Positions 1-9,976 are shown, numbered from the stretch's first letter. The stretch is DNA of 64,000 nucleotides from Candidatus Latescibacterota bacterium (GCA_965221775.1 CBDCSU010000006.1:1312001-1376000); one strand, 5' to 3'. Translations and numbers: made by a program. The notes: generated from the letters alone by a model not told the origin.

Positions 1-1
1 C

Positions 2-1066
2 TACCCCTGGCGTACCGCCTACGGCGAGGACGCCGACATCCACTCCGTCCTCGTCCGCTTCACCAGCGGCGGGCACGAGGCCTGGTCGGAGAGCACCCCC
101 TTCTTCGCCCCCACATATCTCAACGAGAGCGCCGGTTCCGTTTTCTACCACGTGTCGGAAGTGATGGGCCCGTGGGTGGTGGGGCGCGAGTACGACACCG
201 CGGCCGGGCTCAACGAGAGGCTGTCGATCTTCAAGGGCAACAGCTTCGCCAAGGCGGCGATCGAGATCGGCTGGTGGACGCTGCAGAGCCGCATCACCGG
301 GACGCCCCTGCACCGGCTGCTGGGCGGCCAGACCCGCGACGTGCCGGCGGGCGCCGACTTCGGCATCCAGGACTCGTACGACATGCTCCTCGGCAACATC
401 CAGAAGGCGGTGGACGCCGGCTTCCCGCGGGTCAAGCTGAAGGTGGCCCCGGGGTGGGACCTGGAGATGCTGCGCATCGTCACCGGCACCTTCCCGGATA
501 CCACCTTCCACATCGACTGCAACTCCGGGTACAGCCTCGACGACCTGCCCTTCTTCCGGGCCATCGACGGTCTGGGGCTGGCCTTCATCGAGCAGCCCCT
601 CCACTACAACGACGTCCTCGACCACGCCGAACTGGCCAAGCGGATCGAGACGCCCATCTGCCTCGACGAGAGCGTCGTCGACGTGCGCTCCGCCGAGCAG
701 GCGATCCGCGTCGGCGCCTGCCGCTACATCAACATCAAGCCAGGACGAATCGGCGGCCTCGCCAACGCCGTGGCCGTGCACGACATCGCCCGGGACGCCG
801 GCATTCCCGTTTGGATCGGGGGCATGTTGGAGAGCGCGGTGGGCGCCTCCATCTGCGTGGAGCTGGCGACGCTGGACAACTTCACCTACCCGGGGGACCT
901 CTTCCCCTCGTTCCGGTTCTACCGGCAGGACCTGTCGACGCCGCCCCTGGAGCTGGCCGAGGGCTGCGTCTTCAAGCCCTTCACCGGCGGCCTGCCGGCC
1001 CCCGACCCGGCGCTGCTGGAAGAGCGGACCCTGCGCCGCAAGAGGGTCACCCCGGGCCCGGCATGA
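2..1066 (+). CDS. menC: o-succinylbenzoate synthase / N-succinylamino acid racemase (enolase superfamily, MLE subgroup); 5' end lies outside the window
   Basis: Frame is open from base 2 (YPWRTAYGED...ESTPFFAPTY). Motifs VKLKV, DCN, EQP, DES, NIKPGR and GGMLES are typical of OSBS/NSAR. Confidence 0.8.
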   Translation, partial: YPWRTAYGEDADIHSVLVRFTSGGHEAWSESTPFFAPTYLNESAGSVFYHVSEVMGPWVVGREYDTAAGLNERLSIFKGNSFAKAAIEIGWWTLQSRITGTPLHRLLGGQTRDVPAGADFGIQDSYDMLLGNIQKAVDAGFPRVKLKVAPGWDLEMLRIVTGTFPDTTFHIDCNSGYSLDDLPFFRAIDGLGLAFIEQPLHYNDVLDHAELAKRIETPICLDESVVDVRSAEQAIRVGACRYINIKPGRIGGLANAVAVHDIARDAGIPVWIGGMLESAVGASICVELATLDNFTYPGDLFPSFRFYRQDLSTPPLELAEGCVFKPFTGGLPAPDPALLEERTLRRKRVTPGPA

Positions 1067-1182
1067 TCCGCGGGGGCGGAACCGGACATTGTGTGATCCA
1101 CCCTCGACGATACCTTAGCGCCCGACGGCCGCCACCCGGCGCTGTCGGTGGACCAACCCTTCTTGCAAGAGCGGAGACGAGC

Positions 1183-1851
1183 ATGTTCAAGCAGTTCCCC
1201 ATCGGTCTTGTGCTGATCCCCCTGCTGTCCCTCGGATGTGGTGAGGGCGGCGATCCGGCGGATTCCGAGTCGACGCCCGGCGCCGCGGCCGGCGCCATTC
1301 CATCACTTCTCAACCCCAACCTCGCTTCGGAAGACCAGCTCGCCTCGGTCGCCGGACTCACCCCGGAAGCGGCGGCGGCTCTCGCCGGCGGCCGTCCCTA
1401 CCTGACGGCTTCGGACTTCCACGCGGCGCTGTCGGACGCGGTCGGCGGAGACGCGGCGGTGGCCGCCTACGGTGCGCTGTGGCTGCCGATCAACCTCAAC
1501 GACGCGACCACCGCGGAGATCCTGCTGATCCCCGGCGTGGGCGAACGGCTGGCCCATGAGTTCGAGGAGTACCGCCCCTACGCGGACATGGAGCAGTTCC
1601 GCCGGGAGATCGGGAAGTACGTGGACGACGACGAGGTGGAGCGCCTGGCGGGATACGTGTACGTGCCCATCGACCTGAACAGCGCCACCCGCGAGCAGCT
1701 GATGGCAGTCCCGGGGATGACGGAACGGATGGCCCACGAGTTCGAGGAGTACCGCCCGTACACCGATCTCGACCAGTTCCGCCGCGAGATCGGGAAGTAC
1801 GTGGACGACGACGAAGTCGCCAGGTTCGAGCGCTACGTGACCCTGAACTGA
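1183..1851 (+). CDS. Helix-hairpin-helix (ComEA/PsbU-like) repeat lipoprotein
   Basis: ATG at 1183 after GGAG. Lipobox LSLGC. Repeated INLNxAT..L..IPG.G/T.R.A.EFEEYRPY HhH units. Confidence 0.8.
   Translation: MFKQFPIGLVLIPLLSLGCGEGGDPADSESTPGAAAGAIPSLLNPNLASEDQLASVAGLTPEAAAALAGGRPYLTASDFHAALSDAVGGDAAVAAYGALWLPINLNDATTAEILLIPGVGERLAHEFEEYRPYADMEQFRREIGKYVDDDEVERLAGYVYVPIDLNSATREQLMAVPGMTERMAHEFEEYRPYTDLDQFRREIGKYVDDDEVARFERYVTLN
1490..1845 (+). repeat. Intragenic tandem duplication with 180-bp period (60-aa unit)
   Basis: ggccca(t/c)gagttcgaggagtaccgccc...cagttccgccg.gagatcgggaagtacgtggacgacgacga occurs at ~1551 and ~1731. Confidence 0.9.
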
Positions 1852-1866
1852 GGGCGGCGGATCGGG

Positions 1867-3006
1867 ATGATCCGCACCATCGTCTTCTGGCTGCACCTCT
1901 CCGTGGCGTCGGCCGCCGGTGCGGTGGTCTTCATGCTGGCCGCCACCGGTGTCATCCTTTCACTGGAGGAGACGGTGACGGAGCTCGCCGAGTGGCGCCA
2001 CCGGATCGAGGTGCAGGATGGTTCCGCGCGGCTGCCGCCGGAGGCGATCGTCCTGGCGTCGGGGCTCTCGGCGACGTCGGTGCAGTATCGTTCGGACCCG
2101 CGCTCGCCAGTGCGGGTCTACGAAGGGCGGGAGCGCTACGCCCGCGTCGATCCCTGCACCGGGCAGGTGCTGGGTTTCGGACCTGGCGCCCTCGAGCGCT
2201 TCTTCGAAGACGTTCGCGGCTGGCACCGCTGGTTCAATCTCTCCGGGGGCTCGATCCGCAAGGGGCGCGCGGTTACGGGCGCCGTCAACGTGGCCTTCCT
2301 CTTCCTCCTGCTCACGGGGCCGGTTCTGTGGATCCCGCGGCCCATCTCCAGGAGGTCGCTCGCAGGCGTGCTCCTCCTGCGGCCAGGGGCGAGGGGCGCC
2401 CGGCGCAACCTCAACTGGCACCAGGTGGTGGGGATCTGGTCGGTCCTGCCCCTCGCGGTGATCGCGGCAAGCGGGATGACCACCTCCTACCCCTCGGTGG
2501 CCGATCGGCTCGACCCGTTCGTCGGGCGAGCGGTGCCCGTGGAGGCGTGGCCCGCCGGGATCGAGATAGCGGGGGATCCGGTGGTCCCGGAGGTGCCCGG
2601 TGCAGCCTCCCCGGGCGAAGACCTGGGGGCCGTCCTCGCCACCGCCGAGAGGTGGGCCCCGGGTTGGCGGACCCTGATCCTGAACCTGCCGCCCGCGGCG
2701 GATGGTGCGGTGAGGGTGGAGGTGCGGACGGGCCGCCGGGGTCAGCCCCACAAGACCGGCAGGCTCACCGTCGACGCGGCCACCGGGGCCGTGCAAGACT
2801 GGGAGTCCTTCAACGATGACCTGCCCCGCCGGCGGGCTCGCCAGTTCCTGCGCTACGCCCACACCGGGGAGTACTGGGGGCTCGGAGGTCAGTGGCTCGC
2901 GGGCCTGTTCTCGCTGGCGGCGACGCTGATGGTGTGGACCGGGCTCTCGCTGGCGGTCCGGCGGGCTCGGCGTTTCGTCAGGTCCCGGCGCTCGCCGCGA
3001 GGGTGA
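1867..3006 (+). CDS. PepSY-associated TM helix domain protein
   Basis: FWLHL, ATG, WHRWF, NWHQVVG, YAHTGE and WTG motifs with about four TM helices. Confidence 0.9.
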   Translation: MIRTIVFWLHLSVASAAGAVVFMLAATGVILSLEETVTELAEWRHRIEVQDGSARLPPEAIVLASGLSATSVQYRSDPRSPVRVYEGRERYARVDPCTGQVLGFGPGALERFFEDVRGWHRWFNLSGGSIRKGRAVTGAVNVAFLFLLLTGPVLWIPRPISRRSLAGVLLLRPGARGARRNLNWHQVVGIWSVLPLAVIAASGMTTSYPSVADRLDPFVGRAVPVEAWPAGIEIAGDPVVPEVPGAASPGEDLGAVLATAERWAPGWRTLILNLPPAADGAVRVEVRTGRRGQPHKTGRLTVDAATGAVQDWESFNDDLPRRRARQFLRYAHTGEYWGLGGQWLAGLFSLAATLMVWTGLSLAVRRARRFVRSRRSPRG

Positions 3007-3009
3007 TGC

Positions 3010-4164
3010 TCACCCCGGGCTCAGCATGATCCGCTGGTACACGTCCACCGCCCGGGTCACCTGCCGGCACTCGACCCACTCCACGGCGCCATGGGCCTGG
3101 TCGATGCTGCCCGGCCCGAGGATGATCGTCGGCACGCCGCGGTCGGCGAAGGGACTGCCGTCGGTGCCGTAGGGCACCCCGCCGATCTCCGCTTCTCCCA
3201 GGACCTCCCGGCAGGCGGCGACGGCGCTCTGGACGATCCCCGCCTCCTCGGCGGTACCGACGGCGGCGAGGGTGATGTAGGGATCCTCGAGAGCGGCATC
3301 GACCCCTTCCTCCTCGGCGATGACCGCGGCGAACTGCGCCGTCACGTCGTCGGTCGTCAGCCCCGGGATGGTGCGCACGTCGACGTCGATCCGGCAGCGG
3401 TCCGGCACGAAGTTGACCTGCATGCCCCCCTCGATGACGCCGATGTTCATCGTCGGATGGCCGAGGAGGGGGTCCTCCCGGGAGGCGTAGTCGGCGCCGA
3501 TCACCTCCTCGAGGCGGGTCACCAGCCGCGCCATGCCCGAGATGGCGTTTACCCCGAGATACGGCTTCGAGCTGTGGGCGGCCTTCCCCTCGACGGTGAC
3601 GTGGAAGCGGACCACCCCCTTGTGCCCGCGGATCACGGCGAGGTCCGTCGGCTCGGCGATGACAGCGGCCTCGACCTCGACCCGGGGGGCGAGGTGGCGC
3701 GCTCCCCGCATGAGGTACTCCTCGTCCACGGAGCCGGCGTAGAGGATCGTCCGCGGCGGCTTCACCCCTGCCTCCACGAGCCGTTTCATGGCGTGCATCA
3801 TGGCCACGCCCCCCGCCTTGGTATCGGCCGAGCCGCGTCCGTACATTAGCCCGCCGCGGATGTGGGGCTCGAAGGGCGGGATCGTCATCACCTCGACGGA
3901 GGCGGTGTCCATGTGGCACTCGAAGAGCACGGCCCGGTCCGGGTCCTGCCCCTCCAGCTTGGCCACAAGGTTGTGGCGTCCCGGCAGGGCCTCCGTCAGC
4001 TCGACGGGGAGTCCGATGCCCTCGAAGAAGGCGGACAGGTACTCCACCATGCCCGCCTCTCCCTCCTGCCCCCCCGGCAGCGAGGGGTTCACGCTCTCGA
4101 TGGCCACCACGTCCTGCAAGGTGGCGAGGACCTCGTCCTCGCTACGCTCCCAATCTGCTGTCAT
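3010..4164 (-). CDS. M20 family metallopeptidase (ArgE/DapE-like deacylase)
   Basis: ECHMDT, GRGSADTKAG, VDEE, AEPT, AAHSS and GPGSIDQAH motifs. Start taken at ATG 4164 (MTADWERS). Confidence 0.9.
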   Translation of the reverse strand: MTADWERSEDEVLATLQDVVAIESVNPSLPGGQEGEAGMVEYLSAFFEGIGLPVELTEALPGRHNLVAKLEGQDPDRAVLFECHMDTASVEVMTIPPFEPHIRGGLMYGRGSADTKAGGVAMMHAMKRLVEAGVKPPRTILYAGSVDEEYLMRGARHLAPRVEVEAAVIAEPTDLAVIRGHKGVVRFHVTVEGKAAHSSKPYLGVNAISGMARLVTRLEEVIGADYASREDPLLGHPTMNIGVIEGGMQVNFVPDRCRIDVDVRTIPGLTTDDVTAQFAAVIAEEEGVDAALEDPYITLAAVGTAEEAGIVQSAVAACREVLGEAEIGGVPYGTDGSPFADRGVPTIILGPGSIDQAHGAVEWVECRQVTRAVDVYQRIMLSPG

Positions 4165-4213
4165 TCGTACCTGTCCTGGTCTTGTTTCCGCTCCGGGAAT
4201 ATGACCCCGCCGG

Positions 4214-4624
4214 TTGAGGTTGATCAAACTGACCCGCCGTGACCTGGAATTGCGGATGACAGGAGATGAGCCCAAGTGGCTCTACCGGACGCTATCCTGC
4301 CTCAAGGAGTTGCTCGAGTTGCCTGAGGGTTGGGATTCCTACGATGCAAGCATCATCACCGACGAGGCCATCGCGGGGGCAGCTGATGTACTGGAAAGGC
4401 TGCAACTCCCTATGGAGGCACCGCAGCCGGATGTTGTTCCGGGTTCGTCGGGCAGCGTACAACTCGAATGGCACAGATCAGGTGCGGATGTGGAGATCCA
4501 CATTTCCTCCGCGGGTCACGCAACGGCCTTTCTGTCCGGTTCAGGTGAGTACGTCCAATTCGAGACGATTGATCAAGAGGCAAGGCTCCGGCTTTCCGGA
4601 GTGCTCTCTCCCATGGCTTCATGA
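4214..4624 (+). CDS. Hypothetical protein (LxELxxLPEGWDSY...P.VVP...G.VQLEWH type), lower GC than its neighbours; start uncertain (4214 or 4256)
   Basis: 136-aa ORF with a globular-looking sequence and codon usage that differs from the flanking genes. Confidence 0.6.
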   Translation: MRLIKLTRRDLELRMTGDEPKWLYRTLSCLKELLELPEGWDSYDASIITDEAIAGAADVLERLQLPMEAPQPDVVPGSSGSVQLEWHRSGADVEIHISSAGHATAFLSGSGEYVQFETIDQEARLRLSGVLSPMAS

Positions 4625-4759
4625 GTGGCAGCCAGAACGCATGGCCCAGTCACAGGCCCCACCAGGTCGGTGAATAGGCGCACTTGCGGGCTCCGCAATA
4701 GTCGTTGAGCCCTCCCGGGACTGAGCCCCAGAGCCCTTCGCCTCACCAGGCCCCAGCCT

Positions 4760-7231
4760 TTGGACCAGCCCACCCCTCTCCCCTCCCACGCCCGGGCCGT
4801 CGTCGTCGGCGGCGGCATCGCCGGATGCAGCGTGGCGTATCACCTGACCCGGCTCGGGTGGCGGGAGGTCGTCGTCCTCGACCAGGGGCCGCTCTTCGAG
4901 ACCGGCGGGTCGACCTCACACGCGCCGGGACTCGTCTTCCAGGTCAACCCCTCGAAGACGATGACCGCCTTCGCGCAGCGCACGGTGGAGCTCTTCACCG
5001 GCCTGGACCTCGACGGCGAGGCCTGCGCCCGGAGCGTGGGCAGCCTGGAGGTGGCCTGGACGCCGGAGCGGTTCACCGACCTCAAGCGCAGACATGGCTA
5101 CGCCATGAGCTGGGGCCTCGAGGCGCATCTCCTCGGCCCGGGCGAGACCCGCGAGCTGATCCCCATGCTCTCCGAGCGCATCCTCGGGGCGCTGTACGTC
5201 CCCTCCGACATCCAGACCCGGGCCACCCGGCCCGCCGAGGCGATGGCGCGCGAGGCGCAACGCAGCGGCGCCACCTTCCACGGCGGGGTGCAGGTCACCG
5301 GCTTCGGCACCTCCGGCGGGCGGATCACCGCCGTCCACACCAGTCATGGTGAGATCCGCACCGACGTGGTCGTCGCCGCCGCCGGGATCTGGGCCCCGAA
5401 GCTCGGAGGGATGGCCGGCGTCCCGATTCCGCTGTCGCCGATGCAGCACCTCTACGCCGTCACCACGCCCCTGCCGGAGCTGGCGGGCGCGGCCGAGGAG
5501 GTGTCCCAGCCGATCCTGCGCCACCAGGACGAGGACATGTACTTCCGCCAGGAGGGCGAGTGCTACGGCATCGGCTCGTACCAGCACGAGCCGCTCCTCG
5601 TCGACGCCGGCGACATCCCCGCCCACGGCGAGACCGCCGCGCCGCCGGCGGAGATGCCCTTCACCCCCCGTCACTTCGAGAAGGGCCTGGCGGCGGCGGG
5701 CGAGTTGCTGCCCTGCCTCAAGGGGGCGGAGCTGACCCGCAGGTTCAACGGCCTGTTCTCCTTCACCACCGACGGCTTCCCCGTCCTCGGCGAATCGCCC
5801 CGGGTGCCCGGCTTCTGGTCGGCCCAGGCGGTGTGGATCACCCACGCCGGGGGCGTCGGCCAGGCAGTGGCGGAGTGGCTGGTCCGCGGCGAGCCGGGCG
5901 TCGATCTGCGGGAGTGCGACATCCGGCGCTTCCACCCTCACGCGCACACTCGCCCCTACGTGCGGGCCCGGGCGGCGCAGCAGTACCGCGAGGTCTACGA
6001 CATCATCCATCCGCGGCAGCAGATCGCCAGTCCCCGGGACCTGCGGCTGACGCCCTTCCACCCGCGCCAGCGTGAGCTGGGCGCCGCTTTCTTCGAGAGC
6101 GCGGGATGGGAGCGCCCCCAGTGGTACGAGTCGAATGCAGGCCTCCTCGATTCCCTGGAAGTCAAGGGGACAGCGCGCTCCGGCTGGGAGGCGGTGGAGT
6201 GGTCCCCGGTCGTGGCGGCGGAGCATGTGGCGACGCGGGAGCGGGTCGCCCTCTTCGACCTGACCCCCTTCGCCAATTTCGAGATGACGGGGCCGGGCGC
6301 GCTGCGGGCGCTGCAGGGCCTCGCCGCCAACCAGATGGACCGCCCCCTCGGCGCCGTCACCTACACCGCCATGCTCACGCCCCGGGGCGGCATCAAGTGC
6401 GATCTGACGGTGACGCGCCTGGAGGAGGAGCGCTTCCTGGTGATCACCGGCGGCGCCATGGGCCTCCACGACCTCGGCTGGATCGAGGCGCATCTGCCGC
6501 GGGACGGCTCGGCGCGGCTCGAGGACGTCTCGTCGGCGTACTGCTGCATCGGCCTTTGGGGGCCGAGGGCCCGCGACCTGCTCGGCGGCCTCTGCGAGGA
6601 GGATCTGAGCGACGAGGGATTCCCCTACCTGAGCGCCCGGCGCCTGACCATCGCCGAGGTGCCCGCCCTCGCCCTGCGCATCTCCTATGTCGGCGAGTTG
6701 GGCTGGGAGATCTACGCCCCCTCCGAGCAGGGCCTGCGCCTGTGGGACCTGCTGTGGGAGGCGGGGCAGCCCCTCGGCGTGATCGCCGCCGGCGGCGGCG
6801 CCTTCGACTCGCTGCGCCTGGAGAAGGGCTACCGCCTCTGGGGCCAGGACATCCACACCGAGCACAACCCCTTCGAGGCGGGTCTCGGCTTCGCGGTGAA
6901 CATGAAGAAGGGAGACTTCACCGGCCGGGAGGCGCTGCGCCGGGTCCGCGCCCGGGGGGTGACGCGCCGGCTGTGCTGCATGACCCTGGACGACCCGTCC
7001 GCCGTGGTCACGGGCAAGGAGCCGATCCTCGACGGGGACGAGGTCCTCGGCTACGTGACCAGCGCCAACTACGGCCACTCCATCGGCCGCGGCATTGCCT
7101 GCGCCTATCTGCCCGGCCACTATTGGACGGTGGGGACGAAGGTCGAAGTGCTGTACTTCGGGGAGCGGCTGGCGGCGACGGTCGCCAGGGAACCGCTCTA
7201 CGACCCCGAGGGTTGGAAGATGAAGGGTTGA
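4760..7231 (+). CDS. dmg: Dimethylglycine oxidase/dehydrogenase-like protein (FAD oxidoreductase fused to a GcvT domain)
   Basis: GGGIAG; GGSTSHAPGLVFQxNPSKTM (covalent-FAD His); PILRHQD; GIGSY; WERP; ISYVGELGWEIY; SLRLEKGYRLWG. Closely resembles Arthrobacter DMGO. Confidence 0.9.
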   Translation: MDQPTPLPSHARAVVVGGGIAGCSVAYHLTRLGWREVVVLDQGPLFETGGSTSHAPGLVFQVNPSKTMTAFAQRTVELFTGLDLDGEACARSVGSLEVAWTPERFTDLKRRHGYAMSWGLEAHLLGPGETRELIPMLSERILGALYVPSDIQTRATRPAEAMAREAQRSGATFHGGVQVTGFGTSGGRITAVHTSHGEIRTDVVVAAAGIWAPKLGGMAGVPIPLSPMQHLYAVTTPLPELAGAAEEVSQPILRHQDEDMYFRQEGECYGIGSYQHEPLLVDAGDIPAHGETAAPPAEMPFTPRHFEKGLAAAGELLPCLKGAELTRRFNGLFSFTTDGFPVLGESPRVPGFWSAQAVWITHAGGVGQAVAEWLVRGEPGVDLRECDIRRFHPHAHTRPYVRARAAQQYREVYDIIHPRQQIASPRDLRLTPFHPRQRELGAAFFESAGWERPQWYESNAGLLDSLEVKGTARSGWEAVEWSPVVAAEHVATRERVALFDLTPFANFEMTGPGALRALQGLAANQMDRPLGAVTYTAMLTPRGGIKCDLTVTRLEEERFLVITGGAMGLHDLGWIEAHLPRDGSARLEDVSSAYCCIGLWGPRARDLLGGLCEEDLSDEGFPYLSARRLTIAEVPALALRISYVGELGWEIYAPSEQGLRLWDLLWEAGQPLGVIAAGGGAFDSLRLEKGYRLWGQDIHTEHNPFEAGLGFAVNMKKGDFTGREALRRVRARGVTRRLCCMTLDDPSAVVTGKEPILDGDEVLGYVTSANYGHSIGRGIACAYLPGHYWTVGTKVEVLYFGERLAATVAREPLYDPEGWKMKG

Positions 7232-7256
7232 CGCTCTGCTTACCCGGAGGAACGCC

Positions 7257-8498
7257 ATGCTGCAGACTCTGGTGATCGACGCTCTCAATCGCCGCGGGCT
7301 GCCCGTCAACTTGCGGCAGAGCGGGAACAGCGATGCCCGCATGCTGATCTCGACACGCGTGAGGAAGTCGCCCTGGTGGCACCTCTCCCGGGCGGCCGGC
7401 TGCTGGGCCTACACCACCTACAACCACATGTACCACCCGCGGGCCTATGTTCGGCCCGAGGACGGCGGGCTGCTGGAGGAGTACCGCTGCCTCACCGAGC
7501 ATGTCACCATGTGGGACGTGGCCGTGGAGCGGCAGATCCAGGTCAAGGGCCCGGACGCGGCGGCCTTCGTCGACCTCCTCATCACCCGCGACGTCCACGC
7601 CCTGCTGCCTCCGATGCAGGCCCGCTACGTGATCCTCTGCAACCAGCACGGCGGCCTCATCAACGACCCGGTGCTGCTGCGCGTGGCGGAGGACGAGTTC
7701 TGGTTCAGCATCTCCGACTCCGACCTGTTGCTGTGGGCGCAGGGTGTCAACTCCTCGGGCCGCTTCGACGTCGACATCCGGGAAATCGACGTCGCGCCGG
7801 TGCAGATCCAGGGGCCCAAGTCCGTCCTGCTCATGGAGAAGATCTTCGGCCCCCACGTGCGGGAGATCCCCTACTACCACCTGACCCGCGGCCGGCTCAA
7901 CGGCCATCCGGTCACCATCTCCCGCACCGGGTTCTCCGCCGAGGTGGGTTTCGAGATCTACCTCCACGACGCCACCCTCCACGCCGATGACGTCTGGCCG
8001 TACGTCCTGGAGCAGGGGGAGGAGTTCAACCTGCGGGTCATCGCCCCCAGCCACATCCGCCGGCTGGAGGCGGGCATCCTCTCGTACGGCCAGGACATGG
8101 ACATCGAGAACAACCCCTACGAGGTGCGCCTCGGATGGCAGGTGGACCTGACGAAGGAGACCTTCATCGGCAAGGAGGCGCTGGCGCGAATCGAGAGAGA
8201 GGGCGTCCGCCGGCGGCTGGTCGGCCTCAGGGTCGGCGGCGAGCCGATCCTCTGGTACAACGAGGACTTCTACCTGGTGAAGGACGGCGACGCCGGCGCC
8301 GACGTGGGCTACGTGACCAGCGCCTTCTGGTCTCCGAACGTGGGGTCCAACATCGCCCTGGCCATCCTGCCCCCCTCCCACTGGAAGCGGGGCACGCGGG
8401 TCCAGGTGCAGCTGCCGGAGGACGGCCTCGTGGACGCGCAGGTGGTGCGGGTGCCGTTCTTCGATCCCTCCAAGGAGCGGCCGAAGAGCCAGCTGTGA
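7257..8498 (+). CDS. GcvT-family THF-dependent aminomethyltransferase/demethylase (DmdA-like)
   Basis: RVRKSP, YNHMYHP, WDVAVERQIQVKGPDA, INDPVLL, SRTGFSAEVGFEIY, RRLEAGILSYGQD. RBS GGAGG. Confidence 0.88.
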   Translation: MLQTLVIDALNRRGLPVNLRQSGNSDARMLISTRVRKSPWWHLSRAAGCWAYTTYNHMYHPRAYVRPEDGGLLEEYRCLTEHVTMWDVAVERQIQVKGPDAAAFVDLLITRDVHALLPPMQARYVILCNQHGGLINDPVLLRVAEDEFWFSISDSDLLLWAQGVNSSGRFDVDIREIDVAPVQIQGPKSVLLMEKIFGPHVREIPYYHLTRGRLNGHPVTISRTGFSAEVGFEIYLHDATLHADDVWPYVLEQGEEFNLRVIAPSHIRRLEAGILSYGQDMDIENNPYEVRLGWQVDLTKETFIGKEALARIEREGVRRRLVGLRVGGEPILWYNEDFYLVKDGDAGADVGYVTSAFWSPNVGSNIALAILPPSHWKRGTRVQVQLPEDGLVDAQVVRVPFFDPSKERPKSQL

Positions 8499-9052
8499 AC
8501 GGGAGCAGGATGATCTGGATCTTCGTCGGGGTCCTCTTCGCCATGGGCAGCCTGGCGATCCACCACCAGGTGAAAGTGGAGGGAGTCGGCGGCGGATCGG
8601 CGATGGCCGGCCGGCTGCGCAACCTCGAGGTGGGGAGTCAGGCACCCGACTTCAGCGCCGCCGACCTGCAGGGCCGGCCGATCACGCTCTCGGAGCTGCG
8701 CGACAGCAAGGTGGTGGTGCTGGACTTCTGGGCCACCTGGTGCGGCCCCTGCCTGCTGGCCATGCCGGGGCTGCAGGAGGTGCACGAGGAGTTCAGCGGC
8801 CGCGGCGTCGAGATCCTGGCCGTCAACCTGGGGGAAGACCTCGAGCAGATCGAGAGCTTCCTGGACGAGACCGGCTACACCTTTCCCGTGGTGGCCGACC
8901 AGGACCTGACCATCGGCGAGCTCTTCGGGGTCAGCGGCATCCCGGCCCAGGTCGTGGTCAACCGGGAGGGTCTCGTGGAGTCGATCCAGGTCGGGTTCGG
9001 TCCGGACATCGAGGACGACCTGCGGCAAGTGCTGCAGCGGTTGACGCAGTAG
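8495..9052 (+). CDS. TlpA-family thiol:disulfide oxidoreductase (redoxin), membrane-anchored
   Basis: APDF and VVVLDFWATWCGPC motifs, N-terminal TM segment. GTG overlaps the upstream TGA; alternative ATG at 8510. Confidence 0.9.
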   Translation: MNGSRMIWIFVGVLFAMGSLAIHHQVKVEGVGGGSAMAGRLRNLEVGSQAPDFSAADLQGRPITLSELRDSKVVVLDFWATWCGPCLLAMPGLQEVHEEFSGRGVEILAVNLGEDLEQIESFLDETGYTFPVVADQDLTIGELFGVSGIPAQVVVNREGLVESIQVGFGPDIEDDLRQVLQRLTQ

Positions 9053-9064
9053 AGCCGGCCGGCC

Positions 9065-9976
9065 ATGGGCGTCATCCGCACCGAGAACCTCGGCAAGACC
9101 TACAAGGGCGGCACCGTCGCTCTCCGGGCCCTGGACCTGGAAGTGAAGGCCGGAGAGGTCTTCGGTTTCCTGGGGCCCAACGGCGCCGGCAAGTCCACCA
9201 CCATCCAGTTGCTGCTGAACTTCATCCGCCCCGACACCGGGTCCGCCTTCCTCTTCGACAGACCCGTCTCGTGCACCGAGGCGCGGCAGAGGCTCGGATA
9301 CCTGCCCGAGTCGGTGGACCTGCCGGGATTCCACAGCGGCCGCGGACTGCTCGAGTTCCACGGCCGCCTGCTGGGCCTGACGAGGGAGGACGCGGCGCGG
9401 CAGGCCGGCGAACGGCTGGAGAGGGTGGGACTGGGCGAGGCCGCCGGGCGCAGGATTTCCGAGTACTCCCAGGGCATGCTGCAGCGCCTGGGGCTGGGGC
9501 AGGCGCTGCTCGACGACCCCGAGTTGCTGATCCTCGACGAGCCCACCTCGAACCTCGATCCCGTGGCCCGGCGCGACTTCCGGGACATCCTCCTCGACCT
9601 CAAGGCCCGGGGGACGACGGTCTTCATCTGCTCCCACATCCTCTCCGAGGTGGAGTCGGTCTGCGACCGCGTGGCCATCCTGCAGCAGGGAGAGCTGAAG
9701 CGCGTCGGCACCCTGGAGGAGCTGTCGGAATCGGTAGGGTCCGTCGTCCGGGCGAGGGACCTGCCGGCGGCGGCCATGGAGGCGGTGGCCGCAGCCGGGG
9801 CGAGACTGACGGTGGAAGGCGGGGCGGCGACGATTTCGTGCGCCGACCGGGGGGTCCTGGAAGAGGTGGAGCGGATCCTCGGGAGATTCGGCGTCGAGGC
9901 CGAGAGGGTCGAGACCCGGAACCAGTCGCTGGAGGAGATCTTCTTCGGCGCCATCGAAGGGCAGCAGAAGCCGTGA
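9065..9976 (+). CDS. ABC transporter ATP-binding protein (exporter type)
   Basis: GPNGAGKST, YSQGM, LILDEPT and SHIL motifs. Confidence 0.95.
   Translation: MGVIRTENLGKTYKGGTVALRALDLEVKAGEVFGFLGPNGAGKSTTIQLLLNFIRPDTGSAFLFDRPVSCTEARQRLGYLPESVDLPGFHSGRGLLEFHGRLLGLTREDAARQAGERLERVGLGEAAGRRISEYSQGMLQRLGLGQALLDDPELLILDEPTSNLDPVARRDFRDILLDLKARGTTVFICSHILSEVESVCDRVAILQQGELKRVGTLEELSESVGSVVRARDLPAAAMEAVAAAGARLTVEGGAATISCADRGVLEEVERILGRFGVEAERVETRNQSLEEIFFGAIEGQQKP

Noticed and set aside
1490-1845. Direct repeats as a possible CRISPR array
   Set aside because: Only two copies, in frame within a protein, with synonymous differences. No spacers or cas genes.
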